This document shows positions 1-12,100 of a stretch of DNA of 64,000 bases, piece after piece. Every line of letters starts with the position of its first letter. Position 1 is the first letter of the stretch. Source of the DNA: Octopus sinensis (lineage: Eukaryota); contig NC_043018.1 in NCBI RefSeq assembly GCF_006345805.1, forward strand, positions 21,080,001-21,144,000, in the 5' to 3' direction. The position numbers and the translations under genes are program-made. Below the pieces are notes generated by a model that saw only the letters and a list, made by a program, of their open reading frames with translations, was not told the origin of the DNA and searched no databases.

Positions 1-453
1 TCCCCAACCCACTTCTTGTTTGGGGGTTTGTAGTTTTGCAAGCTGTATGAAAAAAGTAGCCACCACAATTTGTAAAGTGGTTGGCATTAGGAAGGACATC
101 CAGCCATAGAAACCATTCCAAAACAGACAGTGGAGCATGATGCAGTCTTTTGGGCTCTTTGAACCCTGTCAAACTGTTCAACCCATGCCAACATGGATGT
201 TAAATGATGATGAGATAACACAAATTTATATTTATATATTATAATCCATGCAATGATTTTCTTTGGTTTGGATGAGTGGTTGTTGAATGGCATCTGCACC
301 TTGTAGTTCAGTTGTTGTCATATATGTGTTTGTAATTAGTTTTTAGAATTTAAGTTTTCTTTGCATTAACATAACTGTTTACTAACAAAATGACATTGCT
401 ACTCAATACATATCTTTGAGTATTTGTATGCTTGGTTATGTGTTCCTTCAAAA

Positions 454-780
454 ACTGGCATTCTGCCGATTATGATGATAAGTGTTTCAGTCGATCCGAT
501 CAATGGAACAGTCTGCTCATGAAATTAACGAGCAAGTGGCTGAGCACTCCACACACACATACACATACACTTAACGTAGTTGTCAGGGAGATTCAGCATG
601 ACACAGTGTGACAAGGCTGGCTCTTTGAAATACAGGTTCAATTCATTTTTGCCAGCTGAGTGGACTGGAGCAATGTGAAATAAAGTGTCTTGTTTAAGGA
701 CACAATGCATCACAGGGAATTGAACTCTTGACCTCATGAACATGAGCTGAATACCCCTGAACACTTAGTCACATGCCTTC
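454..780 (-). mobile_element. tRNA-derived SINE, head type B with tail X (older copy)
   Basis: Minus strand shows a tRNA-like head, a ccttaaacaagacactttatttcac core and the same 3' tail as 3880-4270; sister copy about 61447-61768. Confidence 0.75.
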
Positions 781-980
781 AGATCAGTTTTAAAGGGGTC
801 ACCTTGAAGAGATCAGTATGAACAACTTAGAAATACCTGGTTATTTTATTATTAATAATTATTATCTTAGAGGATTTTAGTTTTTAATTTTTATCCCTGT
901 CTTTTAAAATTTGTTTTGTACACAAATAATAAATCAATGTGGAGTTAATTTTTTTTTTTAAATCTTGCTTTTTCTTCTAG

Positions 981-1060
981 TTGGTGCTTTCTACCCTCGT
1001 TTTTACAACTTGGGTCCCACAGAACTGCACATGCAAGATACACCAAAGGTAGATGGTCTG
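981..1060 (+). CDS. UBR4: UBR4 exon 1 in window (phase 1 to 0): [26 protein letters not shown]
   Basis: ttttcttctag acceptor, gtaagt donor, open frame compatible with next exon. Confidence 0.82.
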
Positions 1061-3155
1061 GTAAGTACTTATTTTTTCCTCACTCTTGATTAATCCTTTG
1101 ATAATTTAGTCTTTAATGTTACACATTGCCTCTGTGTGCGTGCATGCGTGTATATATAAAAACGTGTACTGTAAACATTTCTCATCAACATTTTTCTAAA
1201 TCCTATTACATTTCACACGGAATTTTTGATCTTTTGGTTTCAAAGTTTGACTTGTATGCTTGGAAATACAGAACCTTTAAATTATTTTACTTTATACATT
1301 TGTGCATAAAGTAAGATGTTCAAATTTCTGTGGAAGCTTTAATTAATAATTTTTCATGGCTATAGTTAAAAAACTTTGTTACAAAAATTTTGTTTATGTA
1401 CTCATGAAAAATTTATTGAAATTTTTTGCAATAATTTCTGACATTTCTATGATGATAGTGAAAAACTTTCTTACAAAAATTTTATTTATGCATTCATATA
1501 AAGTTTATGGAAATTTTTTGTGAAAATTTCTGACATTCTATGATGATAGTAAAAAACTTTCTTACAAAAATTTTATTTATGCATTCATATAAAGTTTATG
1601 GAAATTTTTTGTGAAAATTCTGACATTTCTATGATGATAGTAAAAAACTTTCTTACAAAAATTTTATTTATGCATTCATATAAAGTTTATGGAAATTTTT
1701 TGTGAAAATTTCTGACATTTCTATGATGATAGTAAAAAACTTTCTTACAAAAATTTTATTTATGCATTCATATAAAGTTTATGGAAATTTTTTGTGAAAA
1801 TTTCTGACATTTCTATGATGATAGTGAAAAACTTTCTTACAAAAATTTTATTTATGCATTCATATAAAGTTTATGGAAATTTTTTGTGAAAATTTCTGAT
1901 ATTTTAACTGTTATAGTTAAAAACTCTGACAAATTTTATTTGTGCATGCATGTAAAATTCATTAAGATTTATATAAAAATTTCTTATGCTTTTATTCTTC
2001 AGGCCTGTAGTTTCCTTTTGTCCAGTACAGAAACTGTCAGTTACAACAAATTATATGAAGCATGTATTGTTTTATTAATGGCTGGATCCAAATGTGATAA
2101 AGTGTTGGAAAAATTGAACTTGCTGGTAAGAACTGATTTATTCAACTTTTTGAGTAAATAGCTGGTAATTCAGAGATAACATCACACGCAGTCCATCTAA
2201 CCATCCTCAACTTCTTATCGTGTCTTCCTCTTTTGCAATTTCCTTCCACTTGGATTGCTTGATGCTTCTTTACTCAATCGACATTCTCCCCGTGCATCAC
2301 ATGTCTGTACCAGTGCAGTCTTTTCTCTTCACACTACACTTGACTTCTCACTCGTTCTCATTCCTGCTCCATAATTCATAAACATACATTGTGGTGGAAG
2401 CACTCCGTCAGTTACGACGATGAGGGTTCCGGTTGATCCGACCAACGGAACAGCCTGCTCGTGAAATTAACGTGTAAGTGGCTGAGCACTCCACAGACAC
2501 GTGTACCCTTAACGTAGTTCTCGGGGATATTCAGCGTGACACAAAGAGTGACAAGGCCGGCCCTTTGAAGTACAGGTACAACAGAAACAGGAAGAAAGAG
2601 TGAGAGAAAGTTGTGAAAGAGTACAGCAGGGATCACCACCATGCCCTGCTGGAGCCTCGTGGAGCTTTAGGTGTTTTCGCTCAATAAACACTCACAACGC
2701 CCTGTCTGGGAATCAAAACCGCGATCCTACGACCGCGAGTCCGCTGCCCTAACCACTGGGCCATTGCGCCTCCGTAAACATACATTACACATGCATCAGA
2801 GCATGTCAATCTCATGCGCAATCATCATAGCATTTTCACCTCAAATACATTCAGCAGAGCGTGTCCTCTTCATACATATCCAGCAGAGCGTACTCCATTT
2901 CTGTGCAGCTTTTCCACATCCTCTGTATTCAATGCTTACATTTCTCTACCATGTAATACCACACTTGGTACCCAAGCATTAATGCAATCTGTAGAATCCC
3001 TTTGTTGCTAACATGGAATAAACTGCCTGCGTCAGTTGTTGACTGCCTTGACACTGCATCCTTTAAGGCCCTCATGCTTTCCGAAATCCGCCAAAACTAC
3101 ACCTGATTATATATACACTTTAGATGAGTTGTAGTGCACCTGAGCACTTTACACA

Positions 3156-3194
<39 letters not shown>

Positions 3195-6100
3195 TAAAGT
3201 TCCCTGAACGTTTTTTCATCCTTTGCTTTGATCAATGTTGACATAGTAAAACCTACCAAATTAATTATTAATAAAGATGTGAATGAATAATGGAAACAAT
3301 GTTATTGATTTATTAATTCGATTTGCATTCTCTTCTTCTTCTTCTTCTTCTTCAGGAGGCTTCTGTTATGAATTATCACTTTATAATTTGCTGGCGTCTT
3401 CTGGCCTGTCTACCTCCATCTTTGGAATACCTACAGATGCTTGAATCTGGAGAATTAGGAATGGGTCCTGGGCATATTCTTCACACACTCAGATGGGCTC
3501 CCAGACTTGGACACAAAACATTTTCAGGGTGGATTAAGGTAGTTAATTATACTTTGTTTTTGTTAATTCAAGATAATTTTTTTCCACTTCATTTTCTTGG
3601 TTTTAACTCACTTTTATTACTTGTCTTTCAGGATAGTTTAGTGAAACAAGGGCAGACAACACATCAGGCGGATCAACTCCTCACCAATGCTGATAAAATG
3701 GCTAACTCTGTATATTATGATGTTCGACTAGCTATTAATTTTATTCAAGAACAGGTGATGATTTTATTAACTTATTTTTGAATTTCAAATTCAACTTTTT
3801 CTTTTTTTTATACATGTTCATTCACTAAAGTACTAATAAGGAAATGTGTTAACTATTTCGTATTGCTTATGTGAGAGATGTGGAGGCGCAATGGCCCAGT
3901 GGTTAGGGCAGCGGACTCGCGGTCATAGGATCGCGGTTTCGATTCCCAGACCGGGCGTTGTGAGTGTTTATTGAGCGAAAACACCTAAAAAAAGTTCCAC
4001 GAGGCTCCGGGAGGGGATGGTGGTGATCCCTGCTGTACTCTTTCACCACAACTTTCTCTCACTCTTACTTCCTGTTTCTGTTGTACCTGTATTTCAAAGG
4101 GCCGGCCTTGTCACTCTCCGTGTCATGCTGAATATCCCCGAGAACTACGTTAAGGGTACACGTATCTGTGGAGTGCTCATCCACTTACACGTTAATTTCA
4201 CGAGCAGGCTGTTCCGTTGATTCGGATCAACCGGAACCCTCATCGTCGTAACCGACGGAGTGCTTCCATCATGTGAGAGATACTTTAAAAAATGAATGAA
4301 GTTTAGTTGCTATTTCTATCACTTTGAGGCAGTGTGGCAGTTCTGCCACATTGGCTGAATCAGTGAAGTGTGATTTGACATTGCACAAATCTATTTTAAA
4401 CATAATACAGTCACATAGTATTTTTAGCAATTTAGCTGCTGATTCAATATTCATCACAAAAGAAACTATAAATGCAGCTGATCTGTTCAGTCATAATAAG
4501 CTAAAGTAGGGAGTATCCTGCAAATATATCTGTTAAACATTATATGTCAGTTTTATTTCTATTTCTTTTATATTTCAACTGAAATAGATGACTAGCTTCC
4601 CTGCTGTTGATCACCGGACTATTCTTTCTTCTAATGATCTTCCTGGACTATCTTCAATTTTAATGCTTGATGCTGTTGTTGCCAAAGTCCAAATCTCTTT
4701 GGATGAAATCTTTACAAAGGCTATGGTAAGTTGGATATTCTGTTATTTATATTTCATCTTTATTTGAAGCTAGCATAACAGTCCGGCAGAATCATTGGAG
4801 TGTTGGACAAAATGTTTTAGTTGTTTTGGTTCTTTGTTCCAAGTCATTGCCGGTCATTGTGTCAGGCACCCAGAAGAACTTCAGTGTCAATAGCTGTCTG
4901 TTGAAGGCAAAAATCAACTGTGGTGGGAAGAAAATATCTAACTTATTTGGACAGCTAGCTTCAGAACAGTGGAATGGCAAATTTTGATGAATTAAGAACA
5001 TGTATGGGGGACTGTGATGGATGGTGTGCTCACATGAAATCATTGAAGCATCTGGTAGGATGGCCAAGACTAAACTAAACTTATGTTCTGAGTTCAAATC
5101 TCACCGATGTTAGTTTTGCTTTTCATTACTTTAAAATATGATGACCGCATACACTTGCTGGCTTCTAGTATGCGGATCTTTCAACTGGCAGCACTTGCAT
5201 GTGCAAGTTGTTTGCCAAACATTTAAGGTCGATTAAATACGGTACCAATCAGTTACTGGGATCGGTGATATCAACTAACCACTCCCCCTTAAAATTGCTT
5301 TCCTTGTTCTTAAACTAAAAACTGTTATATGAAGCTGGTGTAAAACAAAGAATCCAATTTGATTGACACATTCTATTTGTATTTTAACCCTTTAGTGTTC
5401 AGATTATTCTGTCAAATGTGATATTTGTTTATTTATATTGTTTTGAATTAATCATGCATTATCTTGTAATTTAGAGATTTCAGTGATGCTATTTTTTAGT
5501 TTTAGAATGACATGGTAGGGCTGAGGTGAGAGGTGAGATCTGGTCAGTTTCAATATAAAACAGGTTAAATATTTTGGCTGGATATGGCCGGTTTGAATGC
5601 TAAAGGGTTAAAGCAAAATGCTAATAGTGACATAAACTATAAGTATTTGTATTGACATTCTTACCCTTAAAATCATCTGTCTGTGTGTGTATGGAAATTT
5701 GAAAGGTCATTGGAGTCTGACACACACTACTCTATGGTTTCTAGATAATAAAGCTCTGAAATACTGTGACATGTCTTTGACATCTGAAGACTGTTCATAT
5801 TATGTGGATCTAGCATTAAACTGACAATTCAGGTTTTTCCATGATGTGCTCATTCCACCCAACAGTCGTCAGGCATTCCCCCCATATTTTGTGATTTCCA
5901 GTGCCTTGGAACATATCACTTGTGCTGACTCCAATGCCAACTATTCTGTGCTCTTCAACTCATTTGGTCAGCTCTTATATATAAAATCAACACATTGTTT
6001 TTGTTAGTGTTTTTCTAATCAATCTGATTTTAGTATTTTGTATACTCAGATTTTTAAAACCCTTCTAACTTTTTTTTATTATATTTTTTAAAAACTCTTT

Positions 6101-9100
6101 ATATTATTAAGTTTTCAATATCAGCCTTTTGAAACTTGGCAGCTTTTTTTAAATTAAAAAAATGAATTAATCATATATATATATATATATATATCATTGA
6201 TATTAAAATATATATAATTTAGAAAATTACTATTTTTGAATCTCACAACGAGAGATATTCAGCAACAGTACTTTGTAGTAAAGATTGTTTTCCAACATAA
6301 CATGGCTTAGGATGAAAGTTTCTCTAATTTAGCCCCATGAGACATGACATCGTCTCCAGCTGGCCATACAACACAATCTATGTCCTTATATTTCCTTATA
6401 TTTTCGAAAATATTGTTCGAAAGTATAAGGACACAGATCATGTCGTATAGCCAGCTGGAGATGATGTCTCCTGGGGCTAAATCACAGCGACATTTGTCCT
6501 AAACCAGGACTGCCCTGATATGTTGGCAACCAATCTTTACTACATATATAATTTAAATATTAAAATCAATAAATAAAATAAAATGTTACTATCCCATTTA
6601 TTCTCCACATTCAGCAACCTTTCTGTGTCTCCCTTCCACCTTCCCTTAATTCCATCTGGACCTATCACATTACCCCTCTCTCTCTCTCTCTCTCAACATT
6701 GAAGGTGATCTTTTAGCACCTGACTTATTTTAACAAGACAAAATGTTTTCAAACTCAGATTAGAATAATTTGCTGTATGATGTTTTACGTAAGAACTTCT
6801 TGTCTGACGAATTTTCAATATTTAAAAAAATTCTTTTTTGTTTTAAAAATCTAAAATAGGCTGATCCTGATCCCTACAAATCAATGGTAATTGCTTGGGA
6901 CTTAGTCCCTTCTGCTTTTCGTTTAGTAGAAGTTTACACAGTTTTTGTCAGGTATGTTCCATATTTTAACACCTAATTTGAAATGTCGTTAATCTTGATA
7001 TCTTATTTATTGTAATTCATTTTGAAATAACAAATTTATGAATTTATTTATTTGTATGTTAGATCTTGTATTCTGGGACAAGTGGCTCAAACAGGAGATA
7101 TTGAGTTGACTCAACACATGCTTGAAGCATATGGTACTGCCATCAGTATTGGTTCAAGCCATTCCTCTGCAGTGTCTATGCTAGGACTGGGGATTTTCAA
7201 CTGTCTGCCGGCTCCCATCAAAAATGCTATCGAAAAGTGGAACAACAGTAGTGGCAATGAATTCCCTACTATAGGAGCCTGGGTGAGTTGAAAGCCTTTC
7301 ACATCTATTTTGACTTGATTATTTCCGTGCTTAGTTTTATATTTGTGCAATAATTGCTTCTGTGATTCATGTGATTTGTATTTTAGAAAATATTTATTGT
7401 GCTTTTATAGCTGTCCTTGCCAGGTCTGTCTTTGTGTTTTTTGAATGTGTGTATGTTTGTGTGTGCAAATGTGTTTGTGTAATTGAATGTTTCTTAATTT
7501 TATCATTAACCCTTTCGTTACCATATTTATTTTGAGATGCTCTGTGTTTCTTTCAATTAATTTTAAATATAACAAAGAATTTAGTTATCATTAAGCTAGA
7601 GTTAGGAACATAAATTGTGACTAAGGTTTGGTGGAAGATTTTAATTCAATACTTATGAAAGTAAGACATTTGCACCACAGAGCCAGAGCCGGTTTTGGCC
7701 GGGTTGGTATCAAAAGGGTTAATGTGGGTGTGGAGGTGCTTTGAAAATACCTCATGCAGTGCTGACCGTGCCCTGCATAGTTACAACTTGCCCTTTGGCA
7801 AGGTATAGCACCTGTTCAGCTACCCTGCCAGGGGTATAGTGAAGTCGTGGGACTGCAGTATGGTGGATTGCGAAGAGGCAGTGGAAGAGCTCAACTGAGC
7901 TAATGGTGCTTCTTTCATTGATGCTGAGCCGAGGAATCCTAGATTAATGGTCAGGATCACCAAAATCTATCAAGAGAGTAACTGCAATGCATCCATAGGG
8001 GCAGCATCCATGGTTGTATAATTAGCTAATGTTCCCAATACAGATTTGTAATAATGGAATTGGATGGTGTCAGTCATGGGACTCCGCGAAAGCAGCAAAA
8101 GAAAAAAACGTTAGTATGTATATTCATTGACTTGTGTAATCTTGACACGGGTACGTGTTTCATAGGACTGTCGGCACATGGTTTATAGGGTCCCTAACTA
8201 CTCTCTATACTTACACCTTTACCCCCTTCATCCACCCACTATGGTTTTTCTGCTATTATTGCTCTCGCTTTCTCTTGAGTGGTGAAAGCGTAGGATTGCG
8301 AGGTCCTCTTTGTCCTTCGTTGATGAGGACCTATCAGCCCCTCTCTAGCATTGGTGCTGCAAAAAATGCTCCCTGTACATGCTGTAGACTGGTTGGCAGT
8401 AGAGAGGGCGTTCAGCAATAGAAATGAAACCAAATGACATGTATGAGCAACAAAAGCAGTTACTCTTCGTAAGAAATGGCTTGGACCACAACACTTATCC
8501 AACATGGAAAGCAGACATAAAATGATGATAAGAGGAAAAATTGCTTTGAAATATTACTTCTCAATTTAAGTAATTAGAAATATTAGAAATGATTTTTGGA
8601 AGTTCTAAAGTAGTTTCAGTTTCCAATATTTTTATAAACCAAAACTTATTATTATTAATTTTGTTTTTCTCCTAGCGTAATGCATTTGCTAATGACATCA
8701 TTCCTTCAGAAAGTTATATTGATGTGATCCACAGTGCACATATTGGAACATTATCAGGTAGGAATTTTTTTTTTTTTTTTCTGTCACATTCTGCTTGTTA
8801 ATTCTATTTAAAATACTATAATTTTCTGAAATGTCCCTCTATCATGATTTTTTCCCCCAACTTAGTTGATGGATCTTGTCTTGTGGGTACTTGGTGACGT
8901 CACCAGTGCTGGAGAATTCAGTGCACGAAAAAAGAGCTCAGTACACTCTGTGAAGTGGTTGGCATTAGGAAAGGCATAAAGGCATCTGGCTGTAGAAATC
9001 ATGCCAAAGCAGACACTGGAGTTTGGCCCAGCCCTCTGGCTCTTCTGTTCATGTCAAATTGTCCAACCCATGTTAGTGTGAAAAAAGGGATGTTAAATGA

Positions 9101-12100
9101 TGACGATGATAGTCTGGCATGGCTGTGTGGTACGAGACTTGCTTCCCAACCATATGGTTCGGGGTTCAGTCCCACTGTGCGACACCTTGGGCAAGTATCT
9201 TCTACTATAGCCTCACGCCAACCAAAGACTTGTGAGTGCAGGTGTTAGGAAGGGCATCCAGCTGTAGAAACTCTGCCAGATCAGATTGGAGCCTGGTGCA
9301 GCCATCTGGTTCACCAGTTCTCAGTCAAATTGTCCAACCCATGCTAGCATGGAAAACGGACGTTAAATGATGATGATGATATAAATATATCTGTGTGTGA
9401 GAGAGAGTGAAAGACTAAGTCCCTCACCATTGCTTGACAACAGGTGTTGGTGTGTTTACATCTCTGTAACTTAGCAGTTTGACGAAAGATGCTGATAGAA
9501 TAAGTACCAGGTTTTAAAAAATAAGTACTGGGGTCGATTCATTTGACTAAAAAATTCTCCAATACAGTGCTCCAGCACGGCCACAGTCTAATGACTGAAA
9601 CAAGTAAAAGATAAAGATATATATCTTGCCTGGAAATTCTAAGTAACTTCCTACAAACAACCCAGATTTTTCATTGCTATTTTAAACATCATTTTCATAT
9701 TTTTCTTTGTAATAATTAAATTTTTATATTTTAATTTATATTTTAATTTTCTTACTTTCGTTTTTTCCCTTCCACAATACCAAGGTCAAAGTCAGTTTTC
9801 TGTGAACAGTTCCCTTCGCCATGTACTTCAAGCATTAGTGCGCTTCTGTGGTGATATTGTCAAGTAAGTTTTTAAACTTAAATTCTATTAATTAAAAAAA
9901 ATAAAAAAGACAAAAAATCTCATTTTTCTCTGTTGCTGTGTGCAGGATTTCATAGATTGTGATGACCAATTTGCTTCTTACCTGTATGAAAAAAACAAAT
10001 GTAAAAAGGATGGAGGTGATGATTATAACGAGGATGGTGTGTGTGTGTACTGATGTCGAGTGATGTGTCATGTATGATAAAAATGGTGAAATTTAATTGT
10101 TCAATATCATTAACTAAAACCCTTGAAAGCTGTGCTCCAGTGTGGCCACAGTGCAGTGGCTTAAATCAGTAAAAGAAATGCCAAGACAAATAACCAGTGT
10201 TTGCATAAAAAAAAAAATTCTATTTTAAATACCCACCTAAATTGATTTCAAATTTTGGCACAAGGCCAGCAATTTTGGGGAGGGGGTCAGTCAGTTGCAT
10301 CCCCCCCCCCCCTACTGACTGGTACTCATTTTATCAATCCTGAAAGGATGAAAGGCAAAGTTGACATTGACAGAATTTGAACTCAGTACCTGAAGGGGTT
10401 AAAACAATGGTGATAGAAAACTATTATAAGTTTAAAATATTTGTATATATTTTTATTTCCACTCTAGTTGGTGTCCAGAAACAACCGGGAATAACAAATA
10501 TGTCAAGGCACTGTTTCCATTACTGTTTGATGCTTCAACAGAATATTTGGTTGACATGGTAGGTTCCTATATTTTTACTTCATTTACACAGATAAGGGAA
10601 ATTATCTGAAATGATTCAAAATATGTTAGTCTTCTGCATGTACCAATTAAAATATACAACTGTGATCTTCCGCATCTAGATGTTCTCTTAGTTTTGATCT
10701 CAACAATTAGCTCCCACAAAATGTTGAATTAGTAAATAACATAAATGTATTAAAAATATGTTTTATTTTTTATGAGAGTTCCAATAAAAGAATCTAAATT
10801 TTTGTTTATATAACCCTTTATATATCCGGCCAAAAGTATTCTGCTTGTTTTTTTATGTTCAAATTGGCCATATCTGGTCTCTTACACCAACCCTACAATA
10901 TCATCTTAAAAAATTAACAGCTACCCCGTCAAAATCTTATAACTACAAGGTAATGCATGATTAGTTCACAACAATGTAGATAAAAAAGGATTAATTTGGG
11001 CAGAATAATGTGAACACTAAAGGATTAAACCCTAAAATACAAAAATGTATACATAACCTACTGAGATGCATAGTTTTTATTCCTTTCATTTCTTTTTATT
11101 TATTTTAGGTAACAATGTCATTGGAAAGATTTCTTGGTGAAGGAGAAGGGGAGAAATTCATCATGAAAACTTACCTGTATGTACTGGAAGTTTGTCAAGA
11201 GCTTCTCATTGAATATACAAATGAATTAAGGTATGTATACCTGAATACATAGTAGAACTTATCAGTATTCCTGCATGGAAATTTTATTATAAGTAATATT
11301 GTGATTTCAGTTTTTAGTTTTATTAGTGGAAATCATGGCTGTGTGGTTGTTTGCTTCCCAACCACTTGGTTTCAGTCTCATTGTGTGGCACCTTGGGCAG
11401 GTGTCTTTTTTTTACAGCCCCTGGTGAACCAAAGCCTTGTGAGTGGATTTGGTTGACAGATGCTGTTAAAAGACCATACTATATGTGTGTGTGTGTTTGT
11501 GTGTTAGCATCTGTTTGTCATGACATCACGTGATAGCTGTAAATGGTGTTGCTATCATACATGCGGTGTCCTGTTTCCAGTCTTCTGTGAGAACTTGTCT
11601 GGCCACAGGGTGGAAATATTACCTTGCTTGGAAACAGGTGAAGGTTGGTGATAAGAATGGCTTCTGGCTGTAGAAAATCTGCTTCAACAAATTTCATCCA
11701 ACCCTTGCTAGCAGGGAAAAGTGGATTTTAAAATGATGATGATGGAAGGAAATTGTGTGTTTCAGCAGCATCATCTTATCCCCCACCACCACCACCATCA
11801 TATGTCTGTTTTCCATGCTGGCATGGGTTAGATAGTTAGACAAAAGGAGCTTGGGCAGCTCTTTGGTTGGCCTGCTCCTTTCACTTTTGGCATGGTTTCT
11901 ATGGCTGGATGCCCTTCCTAATGCCAGTAACTTCACAGAGTGTACTGGGTGCTTTTTTTACATGGCACCTGCATGAGTGCTTTGATACAAAAAATACTGT
12001 TTTAATGGTTATGTAATTTGGAACAGAATATTAGTAGGTATTTTATTTAGCTGTTTATATTTCCTGTATAAATAATTCAATGTCATTATCTTGTTTGTAT

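Noticed and set aside
1350-1980. CRISPR-like array
   Set aside because: Whole units are identical with no unique spacers, and the context is eukaryotic.
3882-3955. tRNA gene
   Set aside because: It has A and B boxes but continues into a 390-nt repeated body with a TSD; it is a SINE head, as are all similar hits.
7730-8070. Unique GC-richer block as a hidden exon
   Set aside because: No usable splice sites in phase; the minus strand weakly resembles a decayed LINE endonuclease region, too faint to call as a feature.
9946-10015. Extra exon after a strong tgcag acceptor in intron 9
   Set aside because: The required phase 2 hits TAG within three codons and the donor is weak; at most a cryptic site.
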